Shown here: in pieces, positions 27,277-40,696 of the stretch
Layout of the letters: each line of letters opens with the position of its first letter
Numbering within the stretch: position 1 is the stretch's first letter
Assembly: GCA_951406725.2 (NCBI GenBank)
Contig: OX597837.1
Location: 15,500,001 to 15,564,000 of the forward strand
Reading direction: 5' to 3'
Source: Octopus vulgaris
Lineage: Eukaryota
DNA: 64,000 nt
Program-made: the position numbers and the translations under genes
The notes under the pieces: generated by a model
Seen by the model: the letters and a program-made list of their open reading frames with translations, nothing else
Told to the model about the DNA's origin: nothing
Databases searched by the model: none

Positions 27277-27515
27277 TGTCTTTTATATTATAGGTTATCA
27301 AGAGGATGCTGGATTGTTAGACTCGCTAAAACGTCGGCAGGTAATGAACTTAGATCACAAAGGACTCAAACGATTACCGCTTGGCCTTTTTTCCGAAACT
27401 CTAGTTGTTCCGGCGTTCTGTGTTCAAATTCCGTCGAGTCATCTTTGCCATCGATCTTTTCGGTGTCCATTAAATAATGGCATCGACTGAAAACCTTCCT
27501 CAAATTCCAGGCCTT
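26365..27515 (+). repeat. Cluster of decayed SINE family B copies
   Basis: Four copies (~26370, 26570, 26905, 27305) share gttct(a/g)agttcaaat..ttcatc..gtaccagtt. Confidence 0.6.
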
Positions 27516-27677
27516 GTGCTTCTCGAATTAGTGGTTTAGTGGTTAAGGTGTTGCACTCACGATGGTTAAGATCGTGGTTTCGATTCCCGGACCGGTGTTG
27601 CAAAACCAGGTGGCTACTCCAAGGGGGGTAAATGGTATTTTTCAAAAAATTGTCTGGGTTTGTTTTATTCTTGTCTG

Positions 27678-27733
<56 letters not shown>

Positions 27734-27922
27734 GTATCTGAAAGAAGTGTCAATGGAAAAGAGAAGAAAAGAAAGAAGAAAAAATGTGTTTACATCTTTG
27801 CAGCTGGTCAGTTCTTTCAATAGAAAGTGATTCTTGTCCTTTAAAAATGGTAAGATCAGGCGGCTACTCCAAGTCTTGTTTTTCAAAAAAAAATTGTCTA
27901 GGTTTCTTTTTATCATTGTCTG

Positions 27923-27999
<77 letters not shown>

Positions 28000-29299
28000 T
28001 GTGTGTGTGTGTGTGTGCTAAAAAGAATCAGGAATTCTCTCACATCATTTTGTCTGCCAGAGTTAAATATATTTGGCGTTTCGATTACTCGGCAACAAAC
28101 GACGTTCCAGGAAATGTGGGATTTTGGTAAAAACCTTAATAAGTTCTCATGAAATGGAACCTTATTAAGTTTCATGTTTTAATTTGCACATCGGTAAACG
28201 AAAGCTTGATATTTGTGATAGCCACGTAATACCAATCCCTGTTTCACATAATAAAGAACTACATTTAGAAATACTGGCAAATACAAGTTAGAATCATCTT
28301 ATGTTTAAACTTTCAGATTCCTTTCCGCTGTGACAAGGATAGTTAAGACATTTCTATTGTTGAACAAAATTTGATTCGAAAACTTTGGCCATTTTTGTTA
28401 GTTTTACATTTTTTCATGATAGTCTACTGAATTCATAAAACCATGTACAGGGTCTCTTCTTCCACCCTTATGTCGAAAATAGACAAAAGTAAGTCGTTAG
28501 AAGGAGCATTCCAGGTACCTTAACAGCCTGGGCACTATTTCCATCTCCTGGACCGAAGCTAGGTACAAAATTTACCAAATATTTAATCTCGGGTACAATG
28601 GACGTTGTTTTGTAAAATGGAAAATAGGCGCTCAGTCACTGATATTTTTTTTTCTCGCTTCGTAACATTTTCCCTCTTCTCTTTTCTCAATCAGATATTT
28701 TCTTCTTTCTACTGTTTTTATTCCATAACGTTCAGTGTCTAAAATGAAAATCTATGATAACTTTTCTAGGCAATATTAACGACAGACCTAATATAACGTG
28801 TTCTCAATGAAACCAAAAGCAATCAAAACTTGTTTTAACAAAATATAATGAACGCTAGCCTAATACCAGACGATCGTAAATTCTATGAGAAATATTTTAT
28901 GAGGTGACAGTGTTGTACCAGAACTTTATGACACAGTCATATATTTGTTTATACTACAACAGACAGTATCGGCACGTGACAAGAATATATTATTATAATT
29001 TGATTTGGGGCTCTGATCTTTGGTTCAGTTTCGACAAATGAACGTTGTGAGTTCATTTGTCTTTTATTACGTGAGATATTTCATTAGTTACAATATGCAT
29101 AATCGTGTTATACATTCATTAATTTCACATTTCAGTAAAGGCGTCATTATGAATGTGTGAAAATTACATGGAGGCAGGTACGTGTGGTTAAGAAGGTCGT
29201 TTTCTAACCATGCGGTTTCGTGTTCAATCCTTCTACGTGGAACGTCGGGCAAACGTCTTCTGGCAAAGCATTGTAAGTGAACTTGGTGGACTTAGGTGT

Positions 29300-30013
29300 C
29301 ATAATGGAGGCAGTTGAATGCAGATCAGTGATCAGGTCGTACACCAAATAAGAATTTCGATAAAATGAAAGAAGTTTATGGTGACAATGCACAGCCATAC
29401 GACGTAGTCAAGCTCGGGCATCGCCAGTTCGAATGTGGTCGGATTTCGGTAGAAACTGTTTCTATTGCTAGAAGCTGCTCCTATTCCGCCATTGATGACA
29501 ACGCCATCCATAAAGTAGAAACCGCCATTTTGGAGGATCGCCGCATAACTATTCGGGAACAAGCCCCAAAAAGTGATGGTAAGTGTAGGGTCCGTGGAAA
29601 AAATCATCCACGCCCTCTAGCACATGTAGAAGTTGTCTGCACGATGGATTCCTCGGATACTCACACCTTTTCAGAAGCAGGAACAAATCCATTGCTCCCA
29701 GGCTCTTTTGGCAATGTGCCAAGAATACGAAGAGAACATTTCCGGCAGACTTATCACACGGGATGAAACATGGGTCCAACACTATGATCCTGAGACTAAA
29801 GTCCAGTCGAAGCAATGGTGGCATGCTGACCAAAGGAGTCCGCCTCCTCCAAGACAATGCCCCAGTTCACAATGCGCATGTTTCCCACATGAAAGCACAC
29901 TCCTGCAGCTATGAAATCCTTCCTCATCCCCCCCTTACTCTCCCGACCTCGCTCCATCTGACTTCCAACTCTTTCCAACCATAAAGTCTTGTTTGAAGGG
30001 GAAGCACTTTTCG

Positions 30014-30044
<31 letters not shown>

Positions 30045-30228
30045 TTATTTCCGAGGTAAAGTCTTGGCGCCAGACGCAACCAACCGATTTCTGCATAAAG
30101 CGATGGGAGAATTGTATCACTCTTGGTGGTGGCTATGTAGAGAAGGACTAATAATTATGTCAAGTTTCGTATATCCCAGATCTTGGGAAGTGGGTGTGGA
30201 GAAATATTCAATAGAATACCCCTCTTAT
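29300..30228 (+). mobile_element. Mariner (Tc1/mariner DD34D) transposon, internally deleted pseudogene
   Basis: MKEVYGDNA..VVK..RQFECGR, ILEDRRITIRE, SARWIPRILT, LITRDETWVQHYDPETKVQSKQW, LLQDNAPVH and EILPHPP..PDLAPSDF, with multiple frameshifts. Confidence 0.9.
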
Positions 30229-30493
30229 ATATATTAGAAGGTTTGGAGATGATGTACAGGTATTATATATTATAAGAAATAAGATACTCAGAAATCTGGA
30301 TGGTTTTATATTTACAGATTTTTATTAATATGTCATATGTTTTTATAAATCATGTATTAGCGCTTGCATCCACTCTAGTGGTTTCGTCAGATTGAATTTT
30401 TTCAGGATTTTTGTTTCTTTTTATAGTATTATTGTGTAGGGGTAGAGAGAGAGATATAGGATAGTAAAAGTGGATGAGGAATAGGGAGAAATT

Positions 30494-30546
<53 letters not shown>

Positions 30547-31724
30547 TGTGTGTGTATGTGCCTTTGTATCTGAAAGAAGTGTCAATGGAAAAGAGAAGGA
30601 AAAGAAGAAGAAAGAGAGAAAGAAGAAAAAATTGCGTTTACTTCTATATAGCTGGTTAGTTCTTTCAATAGAAAGTTATTCTTGGCCTTTAGAAATGGCA
30701 AAACCAGGTGGCTACTCCAAGGAGGGGGGGGGGGGTAAATGTTATTTTTCAAAAAATTATCTAGATTTCTCTTTATCATTGTCTGGTGAGAGAGAGAGAG
30801 AGAGAGAGAGAGTGTGTTTTTGTGTATGTGTGTGTGTATGTGTGCGTGCGTGTGTGTGTGTGTGTGTGTGTGTATATGATTGGAGTGTCAATGGAAAAGA
30901 GAAGAAAAGAAAGAAGGAAGAGAGGAATCTCCTACAGAGGAAGCCTTTAGAGCCAGAAATGCGGCTGTGGGTGGGGGTCCGCTAGCGGATGACACTGTAC
31001 ATGCAGTGTTTTTACACCGTTTCCATAAGCGAGAATTTTTCTCTACGGTAACTGTGGCGAATTTGCCTTGGATTTTTTCAGTCTTTTAGTTAGTTAAAAT
31101 ATCTCAAACATATTTCAACTAATCTAAAATTCACCTGTGTGTGTGCTTGTGTGCGCATCCGTGTGCAGGCATATACACAAATATATGCAATTGCATGCAT
31201 AGATGTATTAAGCGTACCAAATTGAGTAAAGAAGTGCTTAAGTCTATGCATACGAAGCTAAATCTGTGGCGATGAGAGATTATTTACAAACGAACAGGCA
31301 TCTAATCAAAAATCGTAAGGACATCATCGTAAGGGCTGATATCTCTGTAACCCAATAGCCTCGGCTACAAATATATTCTATTCAGAGACACAGTGTCTAC
31401 TCAAACTCTATTTTTTGTTATCTTTTCGAGAAGACATTCTGCTCCAATGGCTGAATATAAAATCTAATGATTTGACCTAATTTAATACAATTGCTGTTGT
31501 AGTTTATCCGACAACGTTGTCGTCTACCAAGCATAAGGACTTTTAATGATGTTAATTAATAAAGATTATTTGATGATTATTAATGTTACGCAATTTCTGA
31601 AGATTTGTCAATGCAATCGGATTATAAGATTTTTATAAACATAATAACTAATAACTATTCCTTTTTTATGAATCGCATGTAAGATGATGTAACTAGATAT
31701 ATAAGCAAACTCTATTTTGTTTTA

Positions 31725-31931
<207 letters not shown>

Positions 31932-32217
31932 CACACATGAAATGTCGTATTTGAAAGGTAATAATAAAATGTTTCAGAAGTGTTAGAGAACTTATTTATT
32001 TAATCAAAGTATGATCCATATGCCCAAGGTGCCACGCAGTGGGACTGAACCCGGAACCATGTGGTTGGGAAGTAAGCTTCTTACCACACTGCCAATCCTG
32101 TAAATTTTAACAGTGGCTCTCTTTTAGTAAAAGTTACAGATGTCCTACTAATTAATAAGCAGCTTTGTTCCTTATTGTATGTAAATGTTTTGTCAAAGCC
32201 AAAAATATTTAGTATCC

Positions 32218-32282
<65 letters not shown>

Positions 32283-32440
32283 CTTTTTTTTCCTTTTCTT
32301 TTTTTCTTTTTTCTTTCCCTTTTACGATCCCCTTTGGTCGAAAACCTACGCCACTTTTTTTTTCTCGCCCCCAAAAGGAAAAGCTCTACTTTGTAATCTG
32401 TCCCGTCTGTGTGCAGCCCTGTGTGGCTAATAAAGAAACA

Positions 32441-32490
<50 letters not shown>

Positions 32491-33068
32491 ACTAACTAAT
32501 ATACACGTATCCTACCTAATTTCGAACTTGCAACCTGCCTAACCCATCCTGCTTATCTACCAACTTGTCTACTCATGTCTTATTTATATCTTTATTATCT
32601 TCCTCCACGAGCCTTTATGTGTCTTCGAAGTGTCCTCCCCCTACCATTTGTTACTGCTGTTGTTGATGATGATGTTGTTTAAGGAAATTCAAACCGTCCG
32701 ATGATCAAAAGTGCACCCCCCGCCATAATCGTATCTTTGTATCCAAGCATATATAACTTAGGCTTCACTTACTCGATGTGTATTTCCTGGCTTAAGACAG
32801 CAAAATGGAATTTGAAGGAGATTTCGCAATGGCTTCTCTTCCTGGTTGTCCTGCAGCGATAATTGTAACTTGAGAGCTGACAATTCTTTTAATCAATCCA
32901 ATTCATCCTTCACACCCCTCGACAGCTGAATACGAAAAATAATGGACTCTTCTCTCCATCGCCATCGTCTCCAGTTCATGCAGCCTAAGTGAAGAATTTC
33001 TTGCTGAATGAACAGAACTGTTTTGTTTTATATATATAATCTCCCCACCTACTTCCATTCAGTATATA

Positions 33069-33574
33069 TCTATATATATAAAACTGTAGTTGTGTGAGTG
33101 TCTGTCCCCTTCGATTTAGATTCCTAACTACTCCCACATTTTGCGGTGCAGTTTAACCAAATTCGGGTATCTTATAGTCGTGATTCATATCGAGCCCGTC
33201 TGACTATTAGCGCGCGTCAACGATGAGTCTACGATTTTAAAAATAATTTAACATCATTTTTTATTCCATTTTAATGCATAAAATGCATCGTGTGTCGATG
33301 GCGGCGGAGTTGGCGTCCATGGTCACACCTGCACCTGTTTGCTTCTCCCCCTTCCCTCCCTCGTGAAGCTGTGGGGAAGGGAGTGTAAAGAAATCAACGT
33401 CGTAATGCGTTGTGAAGGAAACCAGCGTTCTTTTAGAACAACGACTTCATGGCTTGAAGACACCAAAACAAAAATGGCTAAGAAAGCCCGAATTTATAAG
33501 GGAAGTAACTCTCTAAAAATGCTTATATAGTTATTTCCCTTACAAACCCGATAAACGCCGGGCGATACTGCTAG
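33069..33574 (+). mobile_element. Non-autonomous Helitron, copy 1
   Basis: 5' TCtatatatataaaa; 3' hairpin cccg..cggg followed by CTAG; A|TC..CTAG|T insertion context. Confidence 0.85.
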
Positions 33575-33576
33575 TA

Positions 33577-34089
33577 TTTATATATAAAACTGTAGTTGTG
33601 TGAGTGTCTGTCCCCTTCGATTTAGATTCCTAACTACTCCCACATTTTGCGGTGCAGTTTAACCAAATTCGGGTATCTTATAGTCGTGATTCATATCGAG
33701 CCCGTCTGGCTATTAGCGCGCGTCTACGATGAGTCTACGATTTTAAAAATAATTTAACATCATTTTTTTTATTCCATATTAATGCATAATTTTTCGTGTG
33801 ACGATGGCGGCGGAGTTGGCGTCCATGGTCACACCTGCACCTGTTTGCTTCTCCCCCTTCTTCCCACCCTCGTGAAGCTGTGGGGAAGGGAGTGTAAGGA
33901 AATCAACGCCGTAAAGCGTTGTCAAGGAGACCAGCGTTCTTTTAGAACAACGACTTCATGGCTTGAAGACACCAAAACAGAAATGGCTAAGAAAGCCCGA
34001 ATTGGCATCTATAAGGGAAGTAACTCTCTAAAAATGCTTATATAGTTATTTCCCTTACAAACCCGAGCAACGCCGGGCGATACTGCTAG
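33577..34089 (+). mobile_element. Non-autonomous Helitron, copy 2
   Basis: Near-identical to copy 1; ends cccgagcaacgccgggcgatactgCTAG. Confidence 0.85.
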
Positions 34090-34093
34090 TATA

Positions 34094-34765
34094 TCTATAT
34101 ATATAAAACTGTAGTTGTGTGAGTGTCTGTCCCCTTCGATTTAGATTCCTAACTACTCCCACATTTTGCGGTGCAGTTTAACCAAAACCGGGTATCTTAT
34201 AGTCGTGATTCATATCGAGCCCGTCTGAGTATTAGCGCGCGTCTACGATGAGTCTACGATTTTAAAAATAATTTAACATCATTTTTTATTCCATATTAAT
34301 GCATAATTTTTCGTGTGTCGATGGCGGCGGAGTTGGCGTCCATGGTCACACCTGCACCTGTTTGCTTCTCCCCTTCTTCCCTCCCTCGTGAAGCTGTGGG
34401 GAAGGGAGTGTAAGGAAATCAATGTCGTAATGCGTTGTCAAGGAGACCAGCGTTCTTTTAGAACAACGACTTCATGGCTTGAAGACACCAAAACAGAAAT
34501 GGCTAAGAAAGCGTCTACGATGAGTCTACGATTTAAAAAAAAATTTACCATCATTTTTTCCATTTTAATGCATTTTTTCGCTATTATATAAGGGAAGTAA
34601 CTCTCTAAAAATGTCTACGATGAGTCAACGATTTAAAAAAAAAATTACCATCATTTTTTATTCCATTTTTAATGCATTTTTTGCTATTTTTTTGCTATAA
34701 CTCTCTAAAAATGCTTATATAGTTATTTCCCTTACAAACCCGAGCAACGCCGGGCGATACTGCTA

Positions 34766-34766
<1 letters not shown>
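34094..34766 (+). mobile_element. Non-autonomous Helitron, copy 3 (with internal duplications)
   Basis: Same termini, with extra gtctacgatgagtc..attt repeats at 34512-34690; followed by (TA)n. Confidence 0.85.
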
Positions 34767-34818
<52 letters not shown>

Positions 34819-35175
34819 AAATGGGACAAGAACGCAAAACATCCAGAAGACGATACAAAAAACATGGACGGGTCATTCGAAGCCTTTAATCTTCAGTCAA
34901 GAACCGGATCATCCTCGTAATTTCGGCTGATTAATCTTCAGATTTCTCCAATCTGGCCAGCCCCAAGGAAAAACTAAGTTAAGAGCATTAGATTCCTTGG
35001 GAAAAAGCTTCGAATGTATACGAAACAAGGACGGGAAAACGGACGATGTTACACGAATATAAACACAAAAATAATACAAAAAAAATAAATAAAAATAATA
35101 ACAGGACATCACAACAAACGTCTTTCGACTGGAGACGATTTGAATTCAGCTTGTCTCTCCACTCCTTTCTATTCA

Positions 35176-35221
<46 letters not shown>

Positions 35222-35529
35222 TGAATGGAAGGGAGTGGATAGAGACTCGCTGATATGGGAAAAGAAAGGGTGGAGAAAAAAGGGAAGGAGAAAGAATAAG
35301 AGAAAAACAAATAAATAAATAAACCTAAAAGGTTTTCAGAAACAAAGAAAATCAAGAAAGGAGTGCAGGAGTGAGAGATTATTTACAAACGAACAGGCAT
35401 CTAATCAAAAATCGTAAGGGCATCATCGTAAGGGTAACATCGTAAGGGTAACTGCGGTAACTGTGGCGAATTTGCCTTGGATCTTTTCAATCCTTTTGTT
35501 AGTTAAAATATCTCAAACATATTTTAACT

Positions 35530-35862
35530 GGAGCAATGGCTTGAAAAATTTTTTCGTCGAATGAATTGAACCCAGTGCCTTTATGTTTTAAAGCCAGGTA
35601 TTTATTCTATGTTTTGCCGAACTGCTAAGTTACGGGGACGTAAACAAACCAACACCGGTTCTCAAACGATAGTAGGGAACAAACAAACAAATACTCACAC
35701 ACACATGTATATATACAGGGCTGGCTTCTTTCAGCTTCGGTCTACCAAATCCAGCCACAAGGCTGAGGCTATAATAGGAGGTACCCAAGATGCTTTGCAG
35801 TGGGACTGAATCCGGAACGAAGTGTTTGGGAAGCAAACTTCTAACCACACAGCCACGTCTGC
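35530..35862 (-). mobile_element. SINE family A, decayed
   Basis: ttttgccgaactgctaagttacggggacgtaaac..gcagtgggactgaa..ccacacagcca. Confidence 0.7.
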
Positions 35863-35879
35863 GTAAAAAACCCCAGAAC

Positions 35880-35982
35880 AAACATGAAACGCTTCACGAA
35901 TTTGCGTCATCCTTGTTCAGGGGCCAGGCTAATCTTGTCTGTAGCGCTCCAGTTTTAGTATTTGCACTGCTGAAACTAGTGC
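35880..35982 (-). pseudogene. U6 snRNA pseudogene / divergent U6 copy
   Basis: Minus strand gcactagtttcagcagtgcaaatactaaaactggagcgctacagacaagattagcctggcccctgaacaaggatgacgcaaattcgtgaagcgtttcatgttt is collinear with full-length U6. The ACAGAGA box is changed to ACAGACA, there is a 2-nt deletion, and no clean T4 terminator. Confidence 0.88.
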
Positions 35983-36016
35983 AATATGAAAAAGGAAGTA
36001 GCTAAGATTTTGAGTA

Positions 36017-36187
36017 ATTATTTATTTGGCGCTTCCATCTCCTTTGAGATTCGCCATGAATGATTTATTTACAAAGAATTCTCTAAGTTCGTTGTCTTTC
36101 TTTCTTTGTTTCTTTCTTTTTTCTTTTATCTTTCTAACCAAGTCTCCAAAGATTCACCACACACACATACATGCACACGCATATACG

Positions 36188-36241
<54 letters not shown>

Positions 36242-36393
36242 TAAATTCACAATAGCAAAGAATATCCTCTTTCCAATTTAACTCCAGATTTTTTTTCAAC
36301 TAACTCCCGCAGATATAAAAAAACATGAATTTTCTGTAAATAAATCATTCATCTTGAATCTCTCAAAAAGGATGAAAGCGCCAAATAAATAAT
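36017..36393. repeat. MITE-like inverted repeat enclosing (CA)n
   Basis: 36017-36081 and 36327-36393 are imperfect reverse complements (attatttatttggcgcttc.. / ..gaaagcgccaaataaataat). Confidence 0.55.
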
Positions 36394-36626
36394 CTGACTC
36401 CCTCTTTTTTCTTGATATATAAAACCTCTACACTACTTCAAACAATCTATACACACACACACACATATATCTATCTTCTGCTTGTTTCAGTCATTATACT
36501 GTGGTCATACAGGGGTACCGCCTTGAAGAATTTTTAGTCCAAAGAAGCATAAAATCATACAGGAACAGATGATTGAGTAAATGAGCCAATGAGTAAATGA
36601 ACAGATTGTCAGTAAAACCGAATGGC

Positions 36627-38167
36627 TGTGCTAAAACCTTATACTCAGAGATTAGGTGGTCCACTGTTTCAATCTCATCGTTGCAGTATCGGTACTTTGG
36701 GTCTACTCCAGTTTTCATCACATTGATTTGATAGTTCCGAGTTAGTAAGCTTTGATCTTGAGCAGCTAAGATGAAGCAAGCCTTCGTTCTCTGCCTTTAG
36801 CCCTGAGCTCCGAAGCCACTGATGGGTGTGCTTCTGGTCTACATCAGCTTCTTTGCTACGGGCCACGTATTTGCCATGCAGAGGTTTTGGTCCACACTTG
36901 TCAAACAATTGTTCAAAGGCATTTTCCCTTGCCATTGATTTCACCTTCTTCGCAACAACAGTTGCTGCACTTCCATCGTGCTGTTCAGCCTGGGTATTAT
37001 GCATGAACTCAATAGCAAATTTTTTGCTTTCCTTCGTGACAGAATCAATCTTTTTACGCCTCTCGTGATCTTCAACGATTTTAGCATCGAGTCGCTATAG
37101 ATTTCAAGATATTTGGCCAGCCCACTTTTGGTAGGTTTTGTAAGAGATTTCAAATTGGATCAAGTCTCGACCTCTTTGGGCTCTGAGAAGGCAAAGGCGA
37201 AATGCATCTGCCTTTGGGTGGTTCATCTTGTTGCAAGTCAGCAGCTCACAGATTTTCCTGTCAATCTTCCTTATTTCGCTGATATTCCAGTACAGCACAT
37301 TGAAACTGTAAATAACAGCCGTAACTGCCAAGGAATTTATAGCTAACACTTTGTTACGTGCATTTAACTCTGATTTTAGGACTGCTCTAACTTTCCTGTA
37401 ACATTTCTTCCTGATTTTCTCTTTCATGTTTGCATGCCGAATGCCAGAGCCTTCATTTATTCCGAGGTATTCGTAAGTTTGTTGCTGTTCAAGTTTTTTT
37501 TTATAACTGTGTTACCATCTAACGTCACTAAATGTGAGGTCTTCAATTTCGCTTTCTGGAAAGTGGTCTTGGCACATTTATCAAAGCCAAACTCCATCTC
37601 GATGTCATCACTGAATGCTTTCACAGTAAATTAAAATCCTTCAAGCTCATTGTTGTCTTTGCCAAAGAGTTTTAAGTCATCCATATATAACAGATGGCTT
37701 ATTTTCTTGTCGTCAATTTTATACCCGCACCCTGTTCTGTTAAGTTCACTTGTAAGGGGTATTAGGGCAACGCAAAAAATTAGAGGTGTAAATGAATCAG
37801 CTTAGAAAATGCCGCAGTTGATATTAATAGTGTTTGTGGTCAGCACTCCATTAGAGTGGCATAATTGGAGATTCGTATTCCACGCTGACAGGTTGTGCTT
37901 CAGGAAGTTTGAAATCACAGGAGAAATTCTGAAAATGCCCAACGATTTCAACATCCAAGAATGCGGCACGATATCAAAGGCCATTTCATAATCAATCCAC
38001 GTGGAACTGAGTTTTTTGCGTTTGCTATGACAGTTCTCAAGGATCATGCGATTGATTAAGAGTTGGTTTTCGCATCCGTATGAGCCTCGTGAACACCATT
38101 TTTATTCAGTGGGGAAAATACCGCTCTCTTCCATAAATTTGTATGTTTTCTCCGCGAGGATGGAAAT
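36627..38167 (-). mobile_element. R4/Dong-type non-LTR retrotransposon RT fragment (pseudogene)
   Basis: WIDYEMAFDIVPHSW, GIF*ADSFTPLIFCVAL, ISHLLYMDDLKLF, FSDDIEMEFGFDKCAK, LKSELNARNKVLAINSLAV, KPLHGKY, THQWLRSSGLKAENEG and the zinc-knuckle remnant YRYC..ETVDHLISE. The 5' end abuts (ATT)n. Confidence 0.85.
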
Positions 38168-38189
38168 TATTATTATTATTATTATTATT

Positions 38190-38405
38190 AAGATGGTGAA
38201 CTGGCAAAATCATGAGCGCGCTGGACGAAATGTTTTGCGGTATTTCGCCCGTCGCTACATCCTGAGTTCAAATTCTACCAAGGCCGACTTTACCTTTCAT
38301 CCTTTCAGGGTCGATAAATTAACTACTAGTGAAACACTAGGGTCTATGTAATCCACTAATCTCTTCCCCAACAATTTCAGGCCTTGTGCCTTTAGTAGAA
38401 AGGTT
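38190..38405 (+). mobile_element. SINE family B within (ATT)n
   Basis: ctgagttcaaattctaccaaggccgactttacctttcatcctttcaggg. Confidence 0.75.
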
Positions 38406-38414
38406 TATTATTGC

Positions 38415-38468
<54 letters not shown>

Positions 38469-38469
<1 letters not shown>

Positions 38470-39003
38470 CAGTAGTTTTATTTTTATAGCGTGCTTTCAC
38501 TTCACTACCGAGCGCAGCTCTGTGTGCCTTGGGTATGTGCTGTGATTTGTTGTGATGCTCTGATGGTTATTGTATGGAAAGTGTTCTGCGTAGGACGTGT
38601 GCAGTGCCTAGTAGTGCAATTTTCTGTATGTTATATGTGTTTGTAAGTCCTGGTGTTTTTGTTATGTATTTGTCTGAATATTTTTTTATCATGCCTAATG
38701 CACCTACTATGATAGGAATTGTTTCTGTTTTCAGATTCCACATTCTAGTTACCTCTATTTCCAGGTCTTTGTATTTTGAGAGTTTCTCCATTTCTTTTAG
38801 AGACACGTTGTCATCTGCCGGTATTGATACATCAATTAGAAAGCATTTTTTTTCTTCATGATCTCTGACAACTATATCTGGTCTGTTGGCCTTAATTTCT
38901 CTATCTGTGTGTATCGGCATATCCCAGAGTATGGTTGCTTTCTCGTTTTCTGTGACCTTTTCTGGTGTGTGCCTATACCATCTTTTTTCTGTTGTTATTC
39001 CAT
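38469..39003 (-). mobile_element. R4/Dong-type LINE 3' end with restriction-like endonuclease
   Basis: ORF 38567..38920 reads PIHTDREIKANRPDIVVRD..CFLIDVSIPADDNVSLKEMEKLSKYKDL..PIIVGALG (PD-D/ExK RLE). It has a short 3' UTR and is flanked on both sides by (ATT)n. Confidence 0.88.
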
Positions 39004-39184
<181 letters not shown>

Positions 39185-40006
39185 AGAATAACCAGCGAGA
39201 AAAGAGGTGTTTTTGCAGCTTCTGGATTTAACGATTGTTTGAGATTTAAGTCGGTGGTGTTATGTCTGTTGTTACTTTTTGTTGTGAACTGTTTTAAGCG
39301 AGTGTTTATGTTTGATTTCATGTTTTCCGAGTCGCTCGGGGCGGAATAAATCATCGTTTTTGCTTCTGTTGACTTATTGAAATTTCTTGCTGGGATAATC
39401 GTTTAAAAACAAAATCTGAACATGGCGTCTTTAGCAGTGGTAGTGAGAGGAGGCTCTCGCGATGGGGGTGGCAGCCTTTGCGTACAAAGAAGAGTGTAAA
39501 CAAAATATCCTTCTCACCAGAGAGAATGGGAGAGAGGGAGACGGAGAGGGGAAGGAGAGAGGGGGAAAGGAGAGGGAGAGGGAGAGAGAGAGGTAGGTGA
39601 AAAACAGAGAGTGTTTGAGAAAGCGAATATTTCTTTCCTTTTTTTTTATTGAGAAACATCGAATGTGACAACAACACTGATTCTATGGTGGACAATAACT
39701 TGAACATTTTCACTGCAAACATTATCAATAATAGACACAACAGTCGTTGGACTGGCGGACATTGACGTCACAAACAGCAGCAGCAGCGGCGGCGACGGCA
39801 AAAATCTACGGAAAATAACACCCTTGGCCTTGCGTAGCTGTTGAGTGGGAGGAACTAGATATAACCAGAATTCTAAAGGGGTGGAACATTGGGAGAGGAG
39901 TATGAGACGTTCTGGCGCGGCTGTTTTGGCGCCCCTTATTTGTCGTCGGTGATTCGATGCTGACTTATTTGATATCGGACGTTTTAGTGTACATCAATGT
40001 GTGGTG

Positions 40007-40037
<31 letters not shown>

Positions 40038-40051
40038 CATACATACATACA

Positions 40052-40087
<36 letters not shown>

Positions 40088-40090
40088 CAT

Positions 40091-40294
40091 ACGCGCGCCG
40101 GGCGAAATGCTTAGCGGTATTTCGTCTGCCACTACGTTCTTAGTTCAAATTCCGCCGAGGTCGACTTTGCCTTTCATCCTTTCGGAGTCGATAAATTAAG
40201 TACCAGTTACACACTGGAGTCGATGTAATCGACTTAATCCCTTTGTCTGTCCTTGTTTGTCTCCTCTATGTTTAGCCCCTTGTGGGCAATAAAG

Positions 40295-40297
<3 letters not shown>
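40091..40297 (+). mobile_element. SINE family B
   Basis: gccgggcgaaatgcttagcggtatttcg..gcctttcatcctttcgg..gtgggcaataaagaaa, ending in the (TA)n that hosts the PLE. Confidence 0.85.
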
Positions 40298-40333
<36 letters not shown>

Positions 40334-40431
40334 TAAAACGGTAAGATAACAAAAGAAAGAAAGAGACCTCAATATTATGTAAATAGAGGAAATTTATCTA
40401 TACAATTATATGTTACATTACTCGATAGTCA

Positions 40432-40491
40432 AGATAAAACTCTGAGTTTCAGATGCCGAAGTGGGAATCCATGACATCTCTTCGGTTATCT
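40432..40491 (-). ncRNA. Hammerhead ribozyme-like motif, inverted pseudo-LTR copy
   Basis: Reverse complement of 42550-42609 with one G>A change in stem II. Confidence 0.65.
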
Positions 40492-40696
40492 GGCTATTTG
40501 AAAACGCTATGAAAAAATATGAAAAAATACCGTTATACAAAGGGAAATTACTGTGTTATAACTCTGCTTGCCTGCGTACTTATACATCGCTCGTATTTTT
40601 CGCCATAAAAATTATATAAAAATACATAAAAAATATATAAAAAATATATAAAAATATATAAAATCTTCTTGGGACATAACATAGAAAGCATGTTCT

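Noticed and set aside
33069-34766. Repeated 63-92 aa ORFs (..KLWGRECKEINVVMRC..) as a tandem gene family
   Set aside because: They lie inside non-autonomous Helitron copies, have non-ATG or variable starts, and carry frameshifting indels between copies.
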